DNA from: Candidatus Eiseniibacteriota bacterium
GTDB lineage: Bacteria > Eisenbacteria > RBG-16-71-46 > JAFGJU01
Reading direction: 5' to 3'
Assembly (NCBI GenBank): GCA_026388185.1
Contig: JAPLKG010000008.1
Span: 273,149-337,148 of the forward strand
Length of the DNA stretch: 64,000 bases
Part shown: positions 58,945 to 64,000 of the stretch, one piece after another
How the letters are laid out: each line of letters starts with the position of its first letter
Position numbering within the stretch: the stretch's first letter is position 1
Notes under the pieces: model-generated
Seen by the model: the letters and a program-made list of their open reading frames with translations, nothing else
Databases searched by the model: none
Told to the model about the DNA's origin: nothing
Program-made: the position numbers and the translations under genes

Positions 58945-59964
58945 TCATCGTACACGCTCCCACTTCCGCACTGTAACTGAGTCTCTAACAGCGAGCATTT
59001 CGTAGATTGAACCGTCTGTCCCTACAATCCAGGGCCCCTTGCCGTAGGTTAAAGTCGAGCGTTCATACCTCGGGAAGTCAATCACGGCGAGCATTCTTCC
59101 ATCTGGAGAATATTTGCTTATCCTTTCGGACGAAGCAGTATCTGTGACCACGAAACTCTGTAGATAGACATTACTCAGACTATCTGTCCCCAAAGAGTCT
59201 CCCGGTAACTCTGCCCAGCCTTTGACCAACTTGCCTTCGTCATCAAACAGAATCGGGTTCCCTTTTACATCCACCTTGCTGTTGCACCGCGCGAAGGACC
59301 GAAAAGGACCTGTGGATGCAAAGATCCCTTCCCGCAAACTCGACAATTGGCTAGAGTCAGGGAGAACTCTTCCCCTTTCCACGAGCTTTATTGATTTCGT
59401 TGCGCGCCAATCGGCTAAATAGACATTCTCATGTTGATCCGACACAATCCCCGCCGAATTGAACTGCGGATACCCCTCTTCCGAACGGCAGAAACTCCAA
59501 GGCACTGCGACTGGCACATTTCTCACTGAATCCACGCCTGCTGCCTTCAAGAACACCCTATATCTGTCCTCCGCATCAGAAGTCTCGCAGAGAATGTATA
59601 TGTCGCCGTTAGGGGGCAGAGTCATGTCCGTGGGAAACAGTAGGTCAACTTGCCAGGCCACGGCCTTGATCGTGTCCACGAATGCTCCATTATTTCCGTA
59701 GACCTTTATGTTTCCTTTCACCCCATCATATATGTAGATGTTCCCATCGGCGCCCATAGTGAAAAATAGAGCCCCGAGATAATTCCCATCGTATCCGTAG
59801 ACCTTCTTCAGTCCGAATTCACTCTCCCCGCCACCGTACTGAGCCTGAATGAGGTTTCGGGGTCTGTAATTCTCGGCCGACAACGCGGTAGCAGGAATGA
59901 GCAAGGCCAAACCCAGCAACGCCGCGATCGATACCAGTCTTGTATTGACTCTCGAACAATCCAT
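58945..59964 (-). CDS. Hypothetical secreted protein, beta-propeller-like repeats; foreign codon usage
   Basis: ATG 59964 (complement) nine nt after AAGGAGG; signal peptide RLVSIAALLGLALLIPATALSAE; repeated GNIYIYDG / GDIYIL / NVYLAD segments; third positions A/T-rich. Confidence 0.5.
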   Translation of the reverse strand: MDCSRVNTRLVSIAALLGLALLIPATALSAENYRPRNLIQAQYGGGESEFGLKKVYGYDGNYLGALFFTMGADGNIYIYDGVKGNIKVYGNNGAFVDTIKAVAWQVDLLFPTDMTLPPNGDIYILCETSDAEDRYRVFLKAAGVDSVRNVPVAVPWSFCRSEEGYPQFNSAGIVSDQHENVYLADWRATKSIKLVERGRVLPDSSQLSSLREGIFASTGPFRSFARCNSKVDVKGNPILFDDEGKLVKGWAELPGDSLGTDSLSNVYLQSFVVTDTASSERISKYSPDGRMLAVIDFPRYERSTLTYGKGPWIVGTDGSIYEMLAVRDSVTVRKWERVR

Positions 59965-60207
59965 CAGCCACACCTCCTTAACTCGGAGAACTGGCGGATA
60001 ACACGCACCCTAGCCCAGGATGGTGATCAAGATACAGGTGCTTTACACTAAACGCCCAGAGAAGCTCAGGAGCGATTCGGGGGACACCGATACACTATAC
60101 TCTCCGATTCCTGTGCTTTGGGTCAACGCGTGACACGAGAGCACGGGATCCGTTCAAAATCCCTGACAGTTTTGCCTGAAGTTGGTCCTGTCGCAACATG
60201 GGTGAAA

Positions 60208-60222
60208 TCCCGCTCCCCGCAC
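60208..60222. repeat. Direct repeat of tRNA-Leu 3' end (candidate att site copy)
   Basis: 15/15 identity to 58846..58860, with flanking partial similarity (GGGTGAAA vs GGGTTCAAC). Confidence 0.7.
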
Positions 60223-60694
60223 TGAAAAATCAGTAAGCCCGAATTTGTGATTCAGCCTCTAAACGCTGCCGTCTCTACTCTGTGCCTCCCTCTAGAAACG
60301 CACGTGCTATTTGCAGTTACTGCTTCTCTGGGTCTTCTGCCAACGACTTTCGGTGAGTGTACAGCTTGGGGTCCTCGGGATGGGAGCCTGACACCGCACC
60401 TTCTACTCCGGCCTTCTGGGTTGGTTTTCCGCTCCGATCCGAACATCTCGGCGCTCCCACTGAAAGAATCTTCCGGATTGCGGGCACAGCGTGCGGTTCT
60501 CTTTCCTCGTTCCCGACTCTGTGATAGCATGTAGTTGGGAATCTGTTGTCACTGTAGTTGCAGATTATCTCCTAAGATCCCCAACAGGTAGTGCTCTATG
60601 GCTGACGGATCCGCATTCACTCCACGGCAGAAGCCCGAGATTCAGGGCGGCATGGTCTCCGTCTTCTGTCGGACGCGGGCAAGGGTGTCCGAAA

Positions 60695-63600
60695 ATGGCA
60701 CGTCGTGATTTGACCTTTCGCGTTTTTGTTAGTTCCACTTTCAGCGACCTAATTGTCGAACGGAATGCGCTTCATGAGCGCGTATTCCCTAAGCTGCGTG
60801 AGTTGTGCCTTCAGCATAGCTGCCGCTTTCAGGCGATTGACCTGCGTTGGGGTGTGAGCCAAGAAGCGACGCTGGACCAGCAGACCATGAACATCTGCTT
60901 GCAGGAGTTGGAGCGCTGCCGATCAATCACCCCCAGACCGAACTTCATGGTGCTCCTGGGCGACCGTTATGGTTGGCAGCCTTTGCCGCCACAGATCGAA
61001 GCCGGAGAGTTTGAAGCAATTCTGGAATGGGTCTCGCCCGAGGAAAAGAAGCTTCTCCTCTGGGGTGATGATCAACCCAAGGGTTCAAAGGGTTGGTATC
61101 GAAAGGATGAGAACGCGGTTCCTGCCGAATACTGTCTCAGGCCACGTGAGCTCAATGTTCCAGAGAATGTGACTGATAAGGAGAGACGGGGGGCCTTAGA
61201 CCGAGAGGCCAAGGAATGGGAAGAGACAGAAAGGATGTTGCGGTCAATTCTCCTTCGGGCTCTGGACCAGCTTGGCTGGCCCGAGGGTGATCCCCGTCGC
61301 ATCAAGCATGAGTACTCAGCCACGCACCAGGAGATAATAGACGGGGCGTTACGTGTGCCAGATGCGCATGAGCACGTGTACTGCTTTTTCAGGGAAATTG
61401 AGGGGTTGCCAATAGAGTCAAGCGCAAGAGGTTTTATTGACCTTGACGAGACCGGACATCTGGATAGTGATGCGCGTGGGAAGCTACAAAGTCTCAAGCA
61501 AAGCATGCGTGATCTCTTGCCCGGCAACGTACGTGAGTACAAGGTGGGATGGGCTGGACGGGGCGTTACGACAGAGCATTTGAACGAGCTCTGCGATGAC
61601 GTTTACAGTGGGTTATCGCGCGTGATACTGGAACAGATCCGGACACTTGAGAAGGTAGATGAGCTGAAAACGGAAATCGAAGAACATGAGTCCTGGGGTA
61701 AGGAACGCGCGCGATTTTTCACCGGTCGAACAAGCATCCTACAACGAATAAGTGATTACCTGAGAGGCACAGATACTCATCCGTTGGCTATCTTCGGTGT
61801 GTCTGGTTCTGGCAAGACAGCGCTGATGGCACACGCGGCACAAAAAGCGCGGGAGATGCTTCCCGGTGCCCGAGTCGTCGTGCGTTTCATAGGTGCTACC
61901 CCGGGCTCATCAGACGGGCGTTCCGTGTTGGAAGACGCCTGTCGTCACATATACAGAGTATTCGATTTTGAAGAACAAAAACAGAACCTCCTTATTGACG
62001 TGCGAGAGATTGGTGAAGAGGAACATAAGAAACGGCAGCGTATTAAGGACGAGTATTCCATCCCCACGGAGTTTCAGAAGCTTTGCGTAACTTTCCAGGA
62101 GTTCGTTGCGAAGATACCACGGTCAGAGAGCCTAATCCTCTTTCTGGATGCTTTGGAGCAACTTTCCGAAAGTGACGACGCGAGAAGCCTCTCCTGGTTA
62201 CCCACTGAACTGCCCCCGAATGTGCGCCTCATTGTTTCATGCCTTGTGGGCAAGTGTCTCTCAGTGCTCCAGGAAGCGCTGCCCGCTGCAAACCTTGTGG
62301 AGTTGGGGTCAATGGAGCCTCAAGAAGGTGAGAGACTCTTGGACCTCTGGCTCCAAGATGCCCGAAGGACTCTTCAGCCTCGGCAGGGGACAGAGATCTT
62401 GGCGAAGTTCCGGAAATGTGCTCTCCCTTTGTATATGAGACTTGCATTTGAGGAGGTCAGGCTCTGGAAGTCTCATACCGAACAGAAAGAGCTGGGTCTC
62501 GACATAGGAGGCGTCATCGGCAACTTATTCCAACGGCTTTCGTCGGATGCGAACCACGGGAGAGTGGTGGTTTCGCGCAGCTTGGGATATCTGGCCGCTG
62601 CGAAGAACGGCCTCGCCGAAGATGAATTGCTGGACATTCTGTCCCAGGATGAAGAGGTTGTGGCAGACTTCCTGCGCCGTTCGCCGCGGTCGCCGCGTGT
62701 TAAGCAGCTGCCTGTTGCCGTGTGGTCGCGCCTGTACTTCGAGCTCAAACCATACTTGACCGAGCGGCGCGCCGATCGGACGTCCCTGCTTGGGTTCTAT
62801 CATATGCAGGTGCGACAGGTCGTGACGGAAAGATACCTGCAGCGTGAGCGGGAACAGATAGTCCGGGACGGGCTGATCCAGTACTTTGGCTGTCAGCCTC
62901 ACCAGCTAGTTGATTCCGCGGGAGGCAAGGCACCCAATGCTCGCAAACTCTCGGAATTGCCCTTTGCCCTTCGACGGTCATGCAGATGGATTGAGCTATC
63001 TGTGCTCTTGACCGACTACGATTTCGTGGAAGCCGAGGTGCAAGCCGGAATGGTCATCGATCTCGTCGGACACTATGGCGAGATTCTGGCAGCAGGGACG
63101 TCGCGGCTGGAAGGGCAGGAGGAGGTACAACTCAGAGCTTGGGCTAACTTCGTGAGGAGCTCGGCTCACCTGCTACTACGCGGCGATGACCCATTTTTTC
63201 AGCTGGCCCTTAACCACGCCGATCGTGGCCCCGTGGTTGCCGCGGCTGAGGAGAGGGCTAGATATCATCCGGGACCGTGGCTCCGCCTGCTCAACCGACC
63301 TGTGCAGGCACAGTACCCGGCATGCTTCCGCACACTGGAAGGCCACACGGACGGCGTTAGTGCACTAGCCTTGACGCCGGATGGTCGCAGGATTGTCTCC
63401 GGTAGCGCTGATCGAACCTTGCGGCTTTGGGACCTTGAGAGCGGGCAATGCGTTCGTACCTTAGGAAAAGACATCGAGACGATAGAGTCCCTTGAAGTCT
63501 CGCCGGACGGTCGGCGCGTGGTTTCAAGTTGCAGATACAGAACGGTACGCGTGTGGGATCTCGAAGGTGGACGGTGTTTGCGCACTTACCGCGGGGGGTG

Positions 63601-64000
63601 GGGAGTGACCGAAAAGGTCACTGTCACTCCGGACGCCCACCTGGCGATATCTTACAGGGTGGACAGACGATTGACTAGGTGTGGTGGCCCTTTGAAACTG
63701 GACGGCACTTTGCGGGTGTGGGACTTGGATGTGGGTGACTGCGTGCGTAGCCTGGTTGGGCATCGTGAGCGGGTCCGAGCTGTTGTGGTAAGCGCAGATG
63801 GGCAAATCGCGCTCTCGGTCGGAGAGGATGGCATCAGGGTTTGGGCGTTGCGTACGGGCCAATGCCTGTGGCTCCTGGGGCGGGCCTCGACCTGGGTGGT
63901 CGCGATGACGCCGGACGGCCACCGCGCGGTCACGTGCAGCTTTGGGGAAGAGGCTCTGCGTATCTGGGATCTCAGTAGCGGGAGATCTTTGCAGACGTTC
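60695..64000 (+). CDS. STAND-type P-loop NTPase (NACHT-like) with DUF4062-like N-terminal domain and C-terminal WD40 repeats; 3'-partial, runs off window
   Basis: Not in ORF track (no stop in window). Hand translation from ATG 60695 is open to nt 64000: MARRDLTFRVFVSSTFSDLIVERNALHERVFPKL...; Walker A IFGVSGSGKTALMAHAAQ near nt 61800; WD40 repeats from ~63330 (GHTDGVSALALTPDGRRIVSGSADRTLRLWDL..., LRVWDLD, LRIWDLS). A/T-ending codons. Confidence 0.75.
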   Translation, partial: MARRDLTFRVFVSSTFSDLIVERNALHERVFPKLRELCLQHSCRFQAIDLRWGVSQEATLDQQTMNICLQELERCRSITPRPNFMVLLGDRYGWQPLPPQIEAGEFEAILEWVSPEEKKLLLWGDDQPKGSKGWYRKDENAVPAEYCLRPRELNVPENVTDKERRGALDREAKEWEETERMLRSILLRALDQLGWPEGDPRRIKHEYSATHQEIIDGALRVPDAHEHVYCFFREIEGLPIESSARGFIDLDETGHLDSDARGKLQSLKQSMRDLLPGNVREYKVGWAGRGVTTEHLNELCDDVYSGLSRVILEQIRTLEKVDELKTEIEEHESWGKERARFFTGRTSILQRISDYLRGTDTHPLAIFGVSGSGKTALMAHAAQKAREMLPGARVVVRFIGATPGSSDGRSVLEDACRHIYRVFDFEEQKQNLLIDVREIGEEEHKKRQRIKDEYSIPTEFQKLCVTFQEFVAKIPRSESLILFLDALEQLSESDDARSLSWLPTELPPNVRLIVSCLVGKCLSVLQEALPAANLVELGSMEPQEGERLLDLWLQDARRTLQPRQGTEILAKFRKCALPLYMRLAFEEVRLWKSHTEQKELGLDIGGVIGNLFQRLSSDANHGRVVVSRSLGYLAAAKNGLAEDELLDILSQDEEVVADFLRRSPRSPRVKQLPVAVWSRLYFELKPYLTERRADRTSLLGFYHMQVRQVVTERYLQREREQIVRDGLIQYFGCQPHQLVDSAGGKAPNARKLSELPFALRRSCRWIELSVLLTDYDFVEAEVQAGMVIDLVGHYGEILAAGTSRLEGQEEVQLRAWANFVRSSAHLLLRGDDPFFQLALNHADRGPVVAAAEERARYHPGPWLRLLNRPVQAQYPACFRTLEGHTDGVSALALTPDGRRIVSGSADRTLRLWDLESGQCVRTLGKDIETIESLEVSPDGRRVVSSCRYRTVRVWDLEGGRCLRTYRGGWGVTEKVTVTPDAHLAISYRVDRRLTRCGGPLKLDGTLRVWDLDVGDCVRSLVGHRERVRAVVVSADGQIALSVGEDGIRVWALRTGQCLWLLGRASTWVVAMTPDGHRAVTCSFGEEALRIWDLSSGRSLQTF

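Larger units (their letters stand above)
58863..60222. mobile_element. Putative tRNA-Leu-associated genomic islet (or remnant) bounded by a 15-bp direct repeat of the tRNA 3' end; no integrase present
   Basis: TCCCGCTCCCCGCAC at 58846..58860 (inside tRNA) recurs at 60208..60222; intervening DNA is lower GC with A/T-ending codons and holds the only minus-strand gene. Confidence 0.45.

Noticed and set aside
60247-60534. Two mutually overlapping ORFs (95 aa on +, 92 aa on -) in the islet intergenic region
   Set aside because: Near-exact overlap on opposite strands, no ribosome-binding site and no coding-like periodicity; treated as non-coding.

Overview
This is a high-GC (roughly 58-60% by eye) bacterial chromosomal segment, read from sequence and the ORF track only; no database search or computation was run. 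Every gene I accept from 1 to 58.8 kb is on the + strand. In order: Kdo/LPS genes (kdsC partial, kdsD, lpxL-like, lptC-like, lptB); rpoN, lipA, hpf, hprK, rapZ; a complete mannose-family PTS (IIA, IIB, IIC, IID, HPr, EI) with a GH57 glycoside hydrolase between IIB and IIC; PGI/PMI, an NDP-sugar pyrophosphorylase, metK, ahcY, ftsK, rimO, a BamD-like lipoprotein, nadD, polA, coaE, prfB (programmed +1 frameshift), PMM/PGM, a GH57 branching enzyme; an envelope cluster (lipoprotein, outer-membrane barrel, tldD/pmbA, TonB-dependent receptor, T9SS-type cargo, PorV/PorQ-like barrel, GWxTD protein); and a glycolytic block (two pfk paralogs, fba, a short pyk, glgP, gap, pgk, tpiA, secG). secG is followed by tRNA-Leu(GAG). 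The most interesting region is downstream of that tRNA: composition and codon usage shift to A/T-rich, a 15-bp exact copy of the tRNA 3' end recurs 1.35 kb away, and a >3.3 kb ORF absent from the supplied track (it has no stop inside the window) encodes a DUF4062-like N-terminal domain, a P-loop NTPase and WD40 repeats. I read this as a horizontally acquired STAND-type NTPase, possibly an anti-phage sensor, next to a tRNA-associated islet. Gene content (T9SS C-terminal domain, PorV-like barrel, GWxTD, GH57, HprK) suggests an FCB-superphylum-like lineage, but that is inference.
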